From NCBI GenBank assembly GCA_964016885.1, contig OZ024743.1, forward strand, positions 313,844,001 to 313,908,000: a DNA stretch of 64,000 nt, in the 5' to 3' direction. The translations under genes and the position numbers were made by a program. The notes beneath the pieces were generated by a model. The model was not told the DNA's origin. It did no database searches and worked only from the letters and a program-made list of their open reading frames with translations. Of the stretch, positions 11,337-25,710 are shown in pieces; the stretch's first letter is position 1, and each line of letters opens with the position of its first letter. This DNA is from Eledone cirrhosa (lineage: Eukaryota).

Positions 11337-14015
11337 TAAGATGTATGGTAGGTCGTATGTGAATCGCGATGATCACGTCTGACTTACCAAATATGTGACG
11401 GTAGCTAGTTAAGCTCTATGCGTATACGCAGAGCAGAAATATTACTGAAAAAGAACAAAGGAACTATTATGACATTATAACAAGTTTATTGCCGACAGCT
11501 GTTTCGTCCGACCCCATGGTGGGACTTATCAAGGCATATAACATGTGATTGCAAGATCATTGTTTACATCAACGTATCACTCAAGGCTAGCAGTTTGAAA
11601 TTGTTGTATACATCAGCAACTCCGCTTTAAGGGGGGCTCTTTTATATTAGTTGTCGGGGTCAGAGATTGAAGTTTAAAAATTAGACAAAAATATATAATT
11701 CACGCATCAACATTAAACCAAAAGACTTGGGGTCCCGTAGAAGCACCTCAGAAAATCCCTCAATGAGTGCATAAAGCTTACAGGCTCCAATACACCTATT
11801 AGACTAGAAGAAAATTAAGAGGCTAATAAAATAAGAAAATAAAAATATAAAGTTTCCCTAAAAAATATATAGAGTTCCTATGAAATTTCTTCTAGAGAAA
11901 AAATTTTTTTCCGAAAGAACAAACCTTCTTCCCCCGAGATCACGTTTACAAAATTCAGAAAACTGAATTGAAAACTAGGTTGAAAGAAACTAATCAATTA
12001 GAGGTTAATTCAGAGAGCCTTCCATAAATCTCTCAGAAAAGGCCCCTATACTATTTCCAATAGGAACTTCTTCCGAGAGACCCTTCGAAGAATTAAAATT
12101 TTAGAGAGCCTTTGAGGATAAATATAAAAACGAATTGAGGAAAATTATACATTAAAAGTTAAAAATTAAAAATTACGGTATTTGGGATATCCGAGGAATT
12201 TTCAAAGGGCTGCTTCAACAGATACAACTTAGGCATAATAGGTACAACAATCCAAGCAATTTAAGCAATTTAATTAGGGAGCAATTCAAGGAGTTTATCA
12301 AATTGGGCAAGATTAAAGAAAGTGGTAACTAAGAAAATACATAAGCAAAAAGACAATAATCATAAAATGTATCTTTAAGAAGGTACAAGGTAGCTTCAAT
12401 GATCTAACCCTGTATTATCACAAAAAAAACATTCTAAAATTATTGATACAGGATTAAAAATTATTACAAAATCATTACAAAATTACCACAAAATCATTAC
12501 AAAATTATCAAATCATCACAAAATTACCACAAAATCATTACAAAATTATCAAATTATCATAAAATTATCGCAAAATTATTACAAAATTATCATAAAATTA
12601 TTACAAAAATATAACAGGATGAACATTACTGGTGACCGTGTGGGCGCGATATCCATTCTGCCTATGCAGTCCCCTGCACAGCTCCAGGCACGATATCCAC
12701 TAGGCGTAAGCAGTCATCTGCATAGCTCCAGGCGCAGCTGGTCTTGTTTAAACGTTCATAGATCACCTGGGGTTCACTATTATCTGCGTGGACTCTCTGG
12801 GAGATGTACCTGTGGATCTAATAGCCAGTGGTTGCCGGATGTGGTCCGTTCGATCCTTTAGTTTCAGGGGTTGAACGCTTTCGCGATAGACGAGCCTGCT
12901 GGTTCTAAGTCCAAGGTTTCGCCACGCATGATGTATTGGTCCACATGCTATATTGTTAAAAAACCAGTGTGGATTTGACTGGGGTGGTATATTACGAACT
13001 CCAAGTCCACACGCGACTGGTCAAAAGCGAAGGACTGTCCTCTCTTTGTTTGCTGTATGGGTCGTTCTCAGCTTAGATGGTGGTCGTGTTATCCATATTC
13101 CGTCAGCCCTGTATATTCAAGACAGATCAGGGTATGTATTCGCGGGTATGGTCCTGCGTCTACGTTATCCAGAGGGTCTCGCTTGTGGTATTTTCAAGTT
13201 CGCATGTCATCTCCCGGTTAAGACTGTGCATGCTTCGGTGAATCTCAAGCATGGAATCTTAGGGTATCATATTACACGGGGTGACCAGCAGAAAATATAC
13301 ATTCTATGCTATCGCGCACGCGCTGGCCTGTGGCTACGACCGTGTCCAGTCTCGGGTAGTAGCAGACAGCAGGTAGACCAGCTATACATACCCCTGATCA
13401 AGGGGCACAACCCCTAACTTATCGAGTGGTCAGACTTCAAGGGAGTCAACTCTCCAAGCCCATTATGTCGACCGTGGTGAAATACAAAAAAAAAATTCCT
13501 ATTAGTAAAGAACTAATCACTGATAATAAAGAACCAGCTCAAAAGAATGGGGGGGGGGCATCTATTTGGGCGGGGGTTTACTAGGGGAGGGGTGGGGGTG
13601 AGTGGCTATAGGCAGGGAGCGGCCGCCATATTGGGTGTTTTGTTACTGTTTCCCTAGGCAGTTCTCGAGTTTGTTGACATACATCTCCGACGGCACCCTC
13701 TCAGATTAGTCAACGTGGTTCCAGGCCCTCACGATGTCCTGCATCGCAGGCATCAGCTGCCCCCAGGTTGCCCGGCAACAGTGTTGTCACCAATCCCAGG
13801 TTGGCAATTGGGACACAGGGTCGTCCCTTCCTCACCAGAGTCCCCATCGCCAATCGGGGAGCCGAGGCATCCATGCGGCCGGGGTTACCACAGAGCACCC
13901 TGTACGCCAGCGGGGCCGCCACGTGCAGGACTGGGTGGTGTCATGGCTATGTGTCCGGTCTGAAGAAAAAGAAAGAGCTAAGTATGGTATGGGGGCAGGA
14001 CGAGAAGATCTCTGA
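11334..14015 (-). mobile_element. Probable non-autonomous PLE-type element with a 3' HHR and no recognisable ORF
   Basis: Starts at a (TA)n edge. HHR then AATAAA lie ~150 bp from the left end. Internal CAAAATTAT-like tandem at 12465-12610. Confidence 0.6.
11490..11536 (-). ncRNA. Minimal type I hammerhead ribozyme, U3-A8 core
   Basis: UGCC UUGAUAA GUCC caccaugggguc GGAC GAAA CAGCUG UC GGCA, with palindromic stem/loop III. Confidence 0.88.
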
Positions 14016-14017
14016 TC

Positions 14018-14445
14018 TACACTTATACACACACAGTTACACACACATATATATTTACACACACATATTTTACGGCTTTCACACGCTAGCGCACCCTCTT
14101 GATTTAACCCATTTGGTCAGTAGCTTTTGCCAAAGCCTATCACGCGCACGCGCATTCTTTCCCTCGTATAAATTTTTAAATAATTTTCTCCCCATAACGG
14201 TATTCCTGTCTTAACAACATCACAACTTTCTCCGCTTGGCCTGTTCCCCCCCTTTTGGAACTTTCCCCCGTTGATGGGCGTGAGCCCGAAATATTGGGAT
14301 TAAATCTCCACTACGGTAACCCTTCTACCTTTGTTTTGTTTTCATCTTTGTCTCTCTCAATTTTCACTTTCTCCTGTTTCTCCTATTCACTTCCTACCTC
14401 GAGATTTCCCTCTGCATTGTTGTGGCTTTCTTAACTACGTATTTT
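14018..14445 (+). mobile_element. 3' fragment of PLE family C without the tail
   Basis: Near-identical to ~22590-23022 and ends at TACGTATTTTA|(TA)n. Confidence 0.9.
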
Positions 14446-14511
14446 ATATATATATATGTATATGCATACACATATATATGTGTATATATATATATATACA
14501 TATATATATGT

Positions 14512-14644
<133 letters not shown>

Positions 14645-14661
14645 CATATATATGTATATGC

Positions 14662-14710
<49 letters not shown>

Positions 14711-14727
14711 CATATATATGTATATGC

Positions 14728-14890
<163 letters not shown>

Positions 14891-15120
14891 CATATATATA
14901 TACAAATTCAGAAACGAAATACATATATATACATATATATATATATATATGTATATATAAAGAAAAAGAGATGAAATCGAAAATGCAACTGGAGTTTTAT
15001 TTTTTTAAAAATATATATATATTTATTTGGTTCCTTTCGCAGTTCTTCTGCTTTTCAAAAGATGAGTTGAGATGGAGGGTCTGTGGTTTTTCTCACATCT
15101 GGTTGGTCTCTGAATGTTAC

Positions 15121-15603
15121 AAAAGCAAAAGACAACCAAAATCACTGAAAACATTACACACCAATGCCAAATTACCTACCACAAACCCACAACCAAGTAT
15201 CAACAAATGTGGTCGCTCTAATTGTGGAACCTGCACTCACCTCATTGAAGGCAACACGTATACATTTAAATCAGGACAAGATTTTACTGTAAACAATCAC
15301 TTCACTTGCTCATCAAAAAATCTACTTTATGCCATTAAATGTAAAGGAAGCAATGAAGATTATATAGGACAAACTAAACTCACACTCAGAAACAGAATGA
15401 CAGTTCATCGCCAACAATTACGAGATCCAACCACGAGACAGATACCACTAAGTGCGCATCTAGACATTTGCGCAAGTAATAAGACACCCAAATTCCAAGT
15501 CTTCCCATTTTACCTTTGCGCTAACAATACAACAGAACAAATGCGAATAAATAAGGAAAATATGTTTATTCAAAAATATAGACCAATATTAAATATGGTT
15601 TAA
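15121..15603 (+). pseudogene. PLE Cys-rich linker plus GIY-YIG endonuclease fragment
   Basis: [53 protein letters not shown]. Confidence 0.92.
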
Positions 15604-16078
15604 TATACATTATGTCAACACCATAATATGACATACACACACACACATAACACCTTCTACTTTAGAAAATAAAAACCCGAACTAAATAAACCTTAACATA
15701 CGTTTGCACTGACAATACAATAGCAAACACGAATAAGTAAAGAAAATATGTTCATTCAAAAATATTCCTACTAAAGGAATCACTTTCCTACACACACACA
15801 TACACACACACACAATATATATATATATTCTCTTCGTCTTAACATGCTAACCATACTCCCACACACATAACACCCATACACACACATAACAACCCCCACA
15901 CCCACAACTCCCTCCCCATTTCTACTAATAGAACCACTTTCCTACACACATATATATACACACACACAAAATATATATTCTCTCCATCTTAACATACTCG
16001 CACACACACACATAACACCCATATACACACACACACATCTTCCTCCCCCATTTCTACTAATAGAATCATCTTCCAATA

Positions 16079-16145
<67 letters not shown>

Positions 16146-16444
16146 GTACACAAATAAACATACATATCTTCACTTCAATAGAAAATCTGAACTCTGACAC
16201 CACAGCGAACTAACCATATTCACTGAACCAGAACAATTCTCCCAATCCCATTTCTCTTGACCACTATCTTTCCATTGTCATAACATTCGCTATAAAGACT
16301 ACAGAATAGTTTTCCAAATAAGGGCGCAAAAATGTAATGAAAACTTGTTCACGTGACAGCCAAATTTCATTTATAACCAATCAAATCGCGTTTATTAAAA
16401 AAAAGCCTTCGTGAGCCACCTTATTTTAAAGTAAAGAAATTCAA

Positions 16445-16475
<31 letters not shown>

Positions 16476-17000
16476 CACACACACAAGCACACAAATAAAC
16501 ACACATATCTTTACTTTCTTTATTCAATAGAAAATCTGAATTCTGACACCCCAGCGAACTAACCATATTCACTGAACCAGAACAATTCTCCCATCCCTTT
16601 CTCTTGACCATTATCTTTCACTTATCAAAAAATTCTCTAAAAAGGCTACAGAATGGATTTCCAAATGAGGGCACAAAAATTTAATGAAAATTTGTTCACG
16701 TGACAGCCATAATTTCATTTATAACCAACCAAAAAAAAGCCTTCGTGAGCCTCCTTTTTTCAAGTAAAAAGAAATTCAAACACTCATATATGAAAAAACA
16801 ACCTGTGACACCCCACCCCCCTCTTATTTGAAGAACTATTGTAACGCGAACTGGCGCGAAATTTATTATAATTATTGACAAACCAATCAAATTACTTCTC
16901 GAAAAACCTGGCATTTCGAGCCACTTTTTCCATATAGAACAAGTAACATTCAGAGACCAACCAGATGTGAGAAAAACCACAGACCCTCCATCTCAACTCA

Positions 17001-17038
17001 CCTTTTGAAAAGCAGAAGAACTGCGAAACCGGTAAAGG
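17001..17038 (+). ncRNA. Minimal type I hammerhead ribozyme of family D, U3-A8 core (also 11089-11126 +, 53207-53244 -, 55375-55412 +)
   Basis: CCUU UUGAAAA GCAG aagaa CUGC GAAA CCGG UA AAGG, identical in four copies. Confidence 0.88.
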
Positions 17039-17237
17039 AACCAAATAAATATATATATATAAAAAAAAAATAAGACTCCAGTCGCATTTTCGATTTCATC
17101 TCTTTTTCTTTATACTTTCACTCGTGTAGGACACCTCGGTTATTTTCATTTTGTAAAGAAACCCTCACTTTCTAATATGTATATATATATATACATATAC
17201 ATATATATATATATACATATACATATATATATATTCG

Positions 17238-17296
<59 letters not shown>

Positions 17297-17321
17297 CATA
17301 TACATATATATATATATAAAC

Positions 17322-17378
<57 letters not shown>

Positions 17379-17384
17379 CATATA

Positions 17385-17548
<164 letters not shown>

Positions 17549-17567
17549 TATACATATATATATATAT

Positions 17568-17733
17568 ATAACGAAGGAAATGTGGTAAGGAACCAGGTGG
17601 ACCATAACGCACCAATGTACTCAATACTTAGGGTAGTAGAGTGGGTAATTGGAACAAGTAAGACCCCGACGGCTGAGCTCAGAATTAGCCGTCGATACGG
17701 CTTCAGCTCAGCCGTCGGGGTCTTACTTGTTCC
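17568..17733 (-). mobile_element. Mini hairpin insertion derived from the family A 3' end
   Basis: Matches 5207-5315, followed by an inverted arm ending TTCC|(TA)n. Confidence 0.9.
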
Positions 17734-17784
<51 letters not shown>

Positions 17785-18103
17785 TATTGAGTAAAGCATG
17801 GCCAGAGAGTTATTTCATAATACATATACATCATCTATGTTTCTTCATAGATGCCTTTTATTCTTATAGCCTGGTCTAATTGATTTTTTGTGTGGTTAAT
17901 TATGCTGATTGGGAGTAGAGATGATGTATATATCTTATCAAATAACTCTCTGGACATGCTTTACTCTATAATATTTTGCTCTGATTATTTAATTTATTAA
18001 TTCTTCATTGAGCCACATCGTGAAAATTTGCCAAAACACATATATGCCTGTGACTTAGTTTAATTGTTGCATGTGTAAATATTTATATTTTATATTATAT
18101 ATA

Positions 18104-18141
<38 letters not shown>

Positions 18142-18142
18142 T

Positions 18143-18366
18143 ATATTTATTAAAATAATAGATTAAAGTTTAAGCCAAGAATCGCTGATTTCACCCTTAA
18201 CGGGATCTACTACACGATCCCGTTAAGGGTGAAAGCAGCGATTCTTTGCTCAATCTTTAATCTGTTATTTTAATAAATATTTCCTCTACGGTTCTTATAT
18301 ATCTGATTTATATTTATCGTTATCGAGCCCTCTTTGGATTTTAGTCTTTAAATTTATTCTTATTAC

Positions 18367-18368
<2 letters not shown>
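18143..18368 (+). mobile_element. Mini hairpin-plus-tail insertion, family E (also ~51021-51170 and 51195-51428)
   Basis: Inverted arms ~18143-18207/18216-18280, then a ~85-bp tail shared with 51340-51428. (TA)n on both sides. Confidence 0.8.
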
Positions 18369-18399
<31 letters not shown>

Positions 18400-18438
18400 T
18401 TGTGTGTAAATATATATATATATGTATATATATGTATA

Positions 18439-18517
<79 letters not shown>

Positions 18518-18518
18518 G

Positions 18519-18715
<197 letters not shown>

Positions 18716-18781
18716 ATATCTATATATCTATATCTATATATATATATACACATATATATATATATATACATATACATATAC

Positions 18782-18876
<95 letters not shown>

Positions 18877-18878
<2 letters not shown>

Positions 18879-21800
18879 AGCGTGTTAAAGTTTGCTTGAA
18901 GCATTGTGAAATGTGTAAAATACGTAGTTTAGAAAGCCACAACAATGCAGAGGGAAATCTCGAGGTAGGAAATGAATGATAGATAAGAGAAATAGGGTAA
19001 AGTGAAAATTGAGAGAGACAAAGATGAAAACAAAACAAAGGTAGAAGGGTTACCGTAGTGGAGATTTAATCCCAATATTTCGGGCTCACGCCCATCAACG
19101 GGGGAAAGTTCCAAAAGGGGGGGAACAGGCTAAGCGGAGAAAGTTGTGATGTCGTTAAAACAGGAATGCCGTTATGGGGAGAAAATTATTTAAAATTTAA
19201 ATGAGGGAAAGAATGCGCGTGCGCGTGATAGGCTGCGGCAAAAGCTACTGACCAAATGGGTTAAATCAAGAGGGTGCGCTAGCGTGTGAAAGCCGTAAAA
19301 TATGTGTGTGTAAATATATATGTGTGTGTAACTGTGTGTGTATATGTATAAGTGTGTATATGTGTGAGTGTGTGTGTGTGTGAAAGATAGTGGGCTGTAG
19401 AAGCTGGAAATCAAAGGGTGTGAAAGGTGGTAGGTTGTAAAACATGTGTGCGTGTATAAATATAGATGTGTGTGTGTAGGCGTATGGGTATACATGTGTG
19501 TGTAACTGTGTGTGTATATGTGTGAGTGCGTGTGTGTGTGAAAGATAGTGGGCTGTAGAAGCTGGAAATCAAAGGGTGTGAAAGGTGGTAGGTTGTAAAA
19601 TCATGTGTGCGTGTATAAATATAGATGTGTGTGTGTATGCGTATGGGTATGCATATACGTGCGTGTGTGTGAAAATAGCAGGCCGTAAGGGCTGTGAATG
19701 GTCACTATGGTTAAGTTAGCCATGTCAGCTCATTTCTCTCAGCCCGGTTGTTAAGTGGGGGTCTGAGGTTCTTAATAACAAGTGCTTCCTTTATCCTTAA
19801 GGATCCGATGCTGCGTTCAGTCGCTAGGACTGTGACCAAGGGTCTACCCTGTGGGTTTCCGCATTTCAGGATGTGTTTACGGAAGGAAGATGCGTTGGTG
19901 TTGATATGTTCCTTGATACGAACATGTAGGGGTCGGATGGTGCTACCTATGTAAAACTTGTTACATTTATCGCATTGAATCTTATATACGACATAGGTGC
20001 GTAGGCAATCTGCCCCCCGTATCGGGCAGTTGCTGAGGGAACACGTCCCACCTGACTCGTCGGGTTTGTTGGAGAGGCATCTTCGCAGCGAAGGTCCTGT
20101 GTGGGCCAAATGTATGTCAAGTCCCTCCGTCCGTATGGCCCTGCGGATGGCGTTCGTGGTATATTCACTCAGGTGGGGGATTTTAAAGAAGCACCTGCTT
20201 TTATTTAAGTTTCTAGTGGGTGTCCGTCTATTGGGTCTGGGGTCTCTAATTCCGTTAATCAGTCGCTTGGGATATCCATTAGACCTGAGTAGACTACGGA
20301 ATTGCGTGGTATGGGTGAGACCATCCATCGGGTCGCTGCATCTGTTAGTGATCCGTGTCAGTTCATTTAGGACATAGCCTCTCTTAGCGTTGTTGGGGAG
20401 GGCTGAGTTGTAATGCACAAATAAGTCCTTGCACGCTGCTTTGCGGTAGAAGGTGGTGTTTATGTCTCCTTCTTCCGAGATGTTGATACGGAAGTCGAGG
20501 AGGGCGAGTGACCCGTCTTCTCCTGGGTGTTCGATGGTGAAATCGACGTGATGGTAAGTATCGTTGAAGATTTGGTGAATTTCATTCGCCATCTCCCGGG
20601 AAGAAGTAAGTATCAGGATGTCATCAACGTATCTGGAGTAGAAGGCGACGGCGTTGGGTTGGCAGGTGTTGAGTGCCTTGCGTTCCAGGTGGTCCATGTA
20701 CGAGATCTCAAGTATGCCGGACAGACTAGAGCCCATAGGTAGCCCAGAGATTTGTTTGTACGTGTGGCCGAGGAAATTGAAGAGTGCATTATCCACAACG
20801 AAGGAGAGGAGTTGGTGGATGTCCGTATGTGTGAGTCCGAAGCAATGTAAGTTAGATGCTCGGACTCGTTCGGTCAACAGGTCGACGGCTGGGGATGCTG
20901 GTACGGAGGTATAAAGGGCGACCACATCAAGACTGAAGGCATAACCGTTGTCCTGTCTGGTGTTGGGCGCCAGATGGTGTAGTCGCTCCAAGACCTCCTT
21001 TGAGCTGCAGACGTGGGCTGGTAGTGTGTGTAGAATAGGTTTCAGTAGTGTGGAGAGCAGCCACAATATTTTGTAGAGTGGGCCCTCCACGCTAGAGACA
21101 ATGGGCCTGATTTTCAAATCGGGTCCTTGTTTATGTGTTTTAACCAGGTGGTAGAAGGTGGGTAGTTTGCTGTTTCGAGTCATTATGTTGTTTTTTACCT
21201 TCTTTGGCAGTTTTCGTTAGACACTGATGTTAGTCCATATGGTGTTAATGCCTTCCTCGATTAGAGTCGAGGAGGTCCCTGTGACTTTCGAGTAGAGGCT
21301 GTGGTCATTAAGATGTTGGAGAGCTAAGTTGTTGTAGGTCTCTCTCGAGATGACACAGAATTCTTTCCCCTTGTCAGAGGGAAGGTACACAAGGTTCCTG
21401 GATCTTAGGTTGGTGAGAGTATTAAATTGTGCATTGGTGAGGTTGCGTTTATTGTGTGTGTGTGTGTGTGTTGGGAAAGGATGTTAGAGATAGAATGTTT
21501 CAACCTGAATAGTTTAGTGTCAAGTTTGTGGTTGGTGGGTGGGGGGTGGAGTGGGTTGTCGAGGTGGTACGTGGGGAGTGTGGGGTGGGTTGTGGGGTTG
21601 TAATCGATCTCGGTGTTGTTTTGGATGGCGGTTAGCCATTTCAGTTGATATGCTGTCCGACAGAAGTTGGTTTCGATGTCGAGTTTCAGTCTATCATCGA
21701 GACGCTGTGTAATGATGAACTTGGGTCCGAGGCGCAGAAGTTCGAGTTCGTCGTTGGTGAGGGTACCGGTTAGGTCGGTAACGAGGTGTGAAGCATCGTT

Positions 21801-23022
21801 GGTAGGTAGATCTACCTACCAACGATGCTTCACACCTCGTTACCGACCTAACCGAAGATGCCTCTCCAACAAACCCGACGAGTCAGATGGGACGTGTTCC
21901 CTCAGCAACTGCCCGATACGGGGGGCAGATTGCCTACGCACCTATGTCGTATATAAGATTCAATGCGATAAATGTAACAAGTTTTACATAGGTAGCACCA
22001 TCCGACCCCTACATGTTCGTATCAAGGAACATATCAACACCAACGCATCTTCCTTCCGTGAACACATCCTTAAATGCGGAAACCCACAGGGTAGACCCTT
22101 GGCCACAGTCCTAGCGACTGAACGCAGCATCGGATCCTTAAGGATAAAGGAAGCACTTGTTATTAAGAACCTCAGACCCCCACTTAACAACCGGGCTGAG
22201 AGAAATGAGCTGACATGGCTAACTTAACCATAGTGACCATTCACAGCCCTTACGGCCTGCTATTTTCACACACACGCACGTATATGCATAACCATACGCA
22301 TACACACACACATCTATATTTATACACGCACACATGTTTTTACAACCTACCACCTTTCACACCCTTTGATTTCCAGCTTCTACAGCCCACTATCTTTCAC
22401 ACACACACGCACTCACACATATACACACAGTTACACACACATGTATACCCATACGCTTACACACACACATCTATATTTATACACGCACACATGTTTTACA
22501 ACCTACCACCTTTCATACCCTTTGATTTCCAGCTTCTACAGACCACTATCTTTCACACACACACACACTCACACATATACACACTTACACATATACACAC
22601 ACAGTTACACACACATATATATTTACACACACATATTTTACGGCTTTCACACGCTAGCGCACCCTCTTGATTTAACCCATTTGGTCAGTAGCTTTTGCCG
22701 CAGCCTATCACGCGCACGCGCATTCTTTCCCTCATTTAAATTTTAAATAATTTTCTCCCCATAACGGCATTCCTGTTTTAACGACATCACAACTTTCTCC
22801 GCTTAGCCTGTTCCCCCCCCCCCTTTTGGAACTTTCCCCCGTTGATGGGCGTGAGCCCGAAATATTGGGATTAAATCTCCACTACGGTAACCCTTCTACC
22901 TTTGTTTTGTTTTCATCTTTGTCTCTCTCAATTTTCACTTTACCCTATTTCTCTTATCTATCATTCACTTCCTACCTCGAGATTTCCCTCTGCATTGTTG
23001 TGGCTTTCTAAACTACGTATTT
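18877..23022 (-). mobile_element. PLE family C (Penelope/Poseidon-like) with inverted 3' arm 21853-23022
   Basis: 21853-23022 is the reverse complement of ~18917-20085. The RT-GIY ORF is on the minus strand. (TA)n flanks. Confidence 0.95.
19711..21810 (-). pseudogene. PLE RT plus GIY-YIG ORF; 490-aa C-terminal part open, N-terminal part frameshifted and truncated
   Basis: KTHK, IRPIVS, SLDVVALYTSVP, QISGLPMGS, RYVDD, LLDFRI, VVYKIQCDKC, YIGST, RIKEH, IKEALVI. LPSDKGKEFCV lies upstream at ~21350-21390. Confidence 0.95.
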
Positions 23023-23164
<142 letters not shown>

Positions 23165-23213
23165 CATACATATATATATATACATACATATATATATATA
23201 TATATATACATAC

Positions 23214-23243
<30 letters not shown>

Positions 23244-23245
<2 letters not shown>

Positions 23246-23724
23246 AGATCAAAAGATGGTTAAAAGTGTTCCAAGTATTTTATTATGTGCATTTCAAAAA
23301 CAAATATCATAATGGGATGACATATGCGTTCTCGTCAGATAAAATAGGGATACATGATATGAAGCTTAAAAAACACTTGTGAATAGTGAAGTTTTAAATC
23401 AACATATGAAAACTAATTTAAGATTGATGTATGACATTGGGAAAAATCTCATACATCCATCTTAAATTAGTTTTCATATGTTGATTTAAAACTTCACTAT
23501 TCCCAAGTGTTTTTTAAGCTTCATATCATGTATCCTATTTTATCTGATGAAAACGCAGATATCATCCCATTATGATATTTGTTTTTGAAATGCACATAAT
23601 AAAATACTTGGAACACTTCTAACCATCTTTTGATCTTATATTATTATCCTACAAACTGTAGAGTGCTACTTATCCGATATTTGCATTGCTTTATTGTGCT
23701 ACAATAAAACTCACCCCCTACATT
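23244..23724 (+). mobile_element. Hairpin-plus-tail non-coding insertion with HHR-like motif at 23540-23599
   Basis: Arms ~23244-23424 and 23459-23640 are inverted repeats. UUAU CUGAUGA long-stem GAAA UGCAC AUAA. Confidence 0.78.
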
Positions 23725-23749
23725 ATATATATGTATATACACACACACA

Positions 23750-23855
23750 CCGAAGTTAACTTTGCCTTTCATCCTTACGGGGTCGATAAAATAAAGTACC
23801 AGTAATACACTGGGTATTTGCGGGCCTTGTGCCAAAAGTAGAAACAATTATTACT
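23750..23855 (+). mobile_element. SINE 3' portion of octopod type
   Basis: TTTGCCTTTCATCCTTACGGGGTCGATAAAATAAAGTACCAGT, near-identical to 61147-61235. Family naming is from recall. Confidence 0.7.
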
Positions 23856-24763
23856 ATATATATATATATATAATTCAGCGGATATATGTTTGATAATGAT
23901 TAAAGAAAATATGGCAATAATTTATTGAAAAGGATTTCAATTGATATAAAATGAAAACATGTGTTGACCTGTGTGACAAAAGGGAAAAGGTCAAGGAAAA
24001 TTCGAGGAGATAAGCACTATACATAGAATGTGTGTTTGTGTGTGCGAAATTTGTATAGCTGAACGGCTGACGGCCAGCGCCGTCAAGCAGATTCCAGCTG
24101 AACCAGCGGAGGACAATTGCTTATGCACTTCGAGCTTCCGGATCTCATTAGGACAGTGCGTCCCCTTGCTTACAGCTGGAACTTGTAATAGACGAAAATA
24201 TATAGTACTTACTTCTTTCAATTTATAGCTTGGCTCTCAGAATGTTTATTTACTAAACATACCGTATATCTTTAGATATAAGATATTCACATGTATGTAT
24301 ACAGCTATGCCGAAACTAAACTTTAATATATATATGTGTATTATATATTAACACAATTGAGATACACACACATATTTACAGAATATCTCCTCCCTAAAAA
24401 CAATTTTGTTCGGTGTGAAAAAACATAACTACCACCGCTGCTGCTGCCACTACCATGACTACACTTCCCTCTCTATATACAAGTCTCCTTCTCAACAAGG
24501 AAGATGAAAAACACTTGCCTCAACACTTAATTTTAAAGCTTTAATTTTCCGTTTTTAATTCTTATTAATTCTTTTAACATTTGATAAGATGGTTTACACT
24601 GATACATCGAAACCGGTCATATTTTATATACATTATAAAACTCTTTTTAAAAAGAATTGTCCCTCTAATTTTTTCAATAATGTCACTTTGTCGAATCAAA
24701 GAAAGGAAAAGGATGAAAAAAAATTCCATCTTCTCTCTCTCTCTCTTTATATATATATATATA

Positions 24764-24829
<66 letters not shown>

Positions 24830-25339
24830 TGATAATTGTGATATAGATTTTCGATTGTAAGAAGTGTAGTAAAATGTAGTAATGGAAGAAAAATGATTGT
24901 ACTATTGATACTTTACCGTAACTTTTTACTATTTACATCGTTATATCTTAATTTTGTTTTCGGAGAAAGATTTACGAAAAATTTATTTTTCTTGAAACGA
25001 TTCCCTTTCCCAATCTTCAATCACCAAAACACATCTTACAGTACACAAGACATCGTCTTAAGTCAACGCATTTCTAAAGTATCGCTATTTTAATGAGGGA
25101 GGCTTTTCAGAAACGCCTCCTACTTTTGATGTGGAACGCTATTAAGCAAATGAAGATAATACTGCCTGCGTCAAAGGTACATAATCAATACTTTTATACT
25201 TACTGTCACTTTATACTAGAATGAATTATAATAATATATACAGTGTTTATGTTAGTGTTAACATATTTAATGTTAGGTGTATCAAAAAGCTAACTAGAAA
25301 TAATTATGTAACAAGAAATAAACAATACTAATTCAGATG

Positions 25340-25710
25340 AAGGGTTGGAAGAATTAATAGAGCATTGGACAAATTGCATTTCCGCATTTATTCCGACTCG
25401 TTCTGATTTCAAATTTCGGTGAGAGAAAATTTGTCTTTCAAGCTTTATAGATCAATAAAGTGAAATATCAGTCAAGTACCCAATCTTTGAACTGCTGACC
25501 TTGCGTCTAAATTAGTAACTATTAAGGTGATGGTTTCCAGAATCGTTAGAGCGTCAGACAAAATGCTTTGTGGTATTTGTTCTAGTTCTTTAAATTTTGA
25601 GTTCAAATCCCCCCCAGAGTTGATAGAATCAATCAATTATCAAAAAGGATAATATCGACAATCTACTCGCCATGTTGCTAGCTTTGCACCTAAATTAGAA
25701 AGCATTATCT
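25340..25710 (+). mobile_element. Two adjacent decayed tRNA-derived SINE copies
   Basis: GAATCGTTAGAGCGTC head, B-box-like GAGTTCAAATCC, and the same tail motif as other copies. Confidence 0.6.

Larger units (their letters stand above)
14958..17174 (+). mobile_element. PLE family D (Neptune-like), 5'-truncated, with inverted arm 14958-15120
   Basis: GIY-YIG coding segment, long (CA)-rich UTR, HHR at 17001-17038, (TA)n flanks. A second copy lies at 53070-55486. Confidence 0.9.

Noticed and set aside
12465-12610. Short regularly spaced repeats as a CRISPR or telomeric array
   Set aside because: It is a degenerate ~10-bp minisatellite with no unique spacers, no cas genes and no TTAGGG.
21667-22227. 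186-aa stand-alone GIY-YIG gene
   Set aside because: It is a chance fusion of antisense RT sequence, the fold-back palindrome and the inverted 3' arm of family C.
24055-24215. GC-richer islet as a host exon
   Set aside because: No recognisable motif and no convincing splice-site pair.
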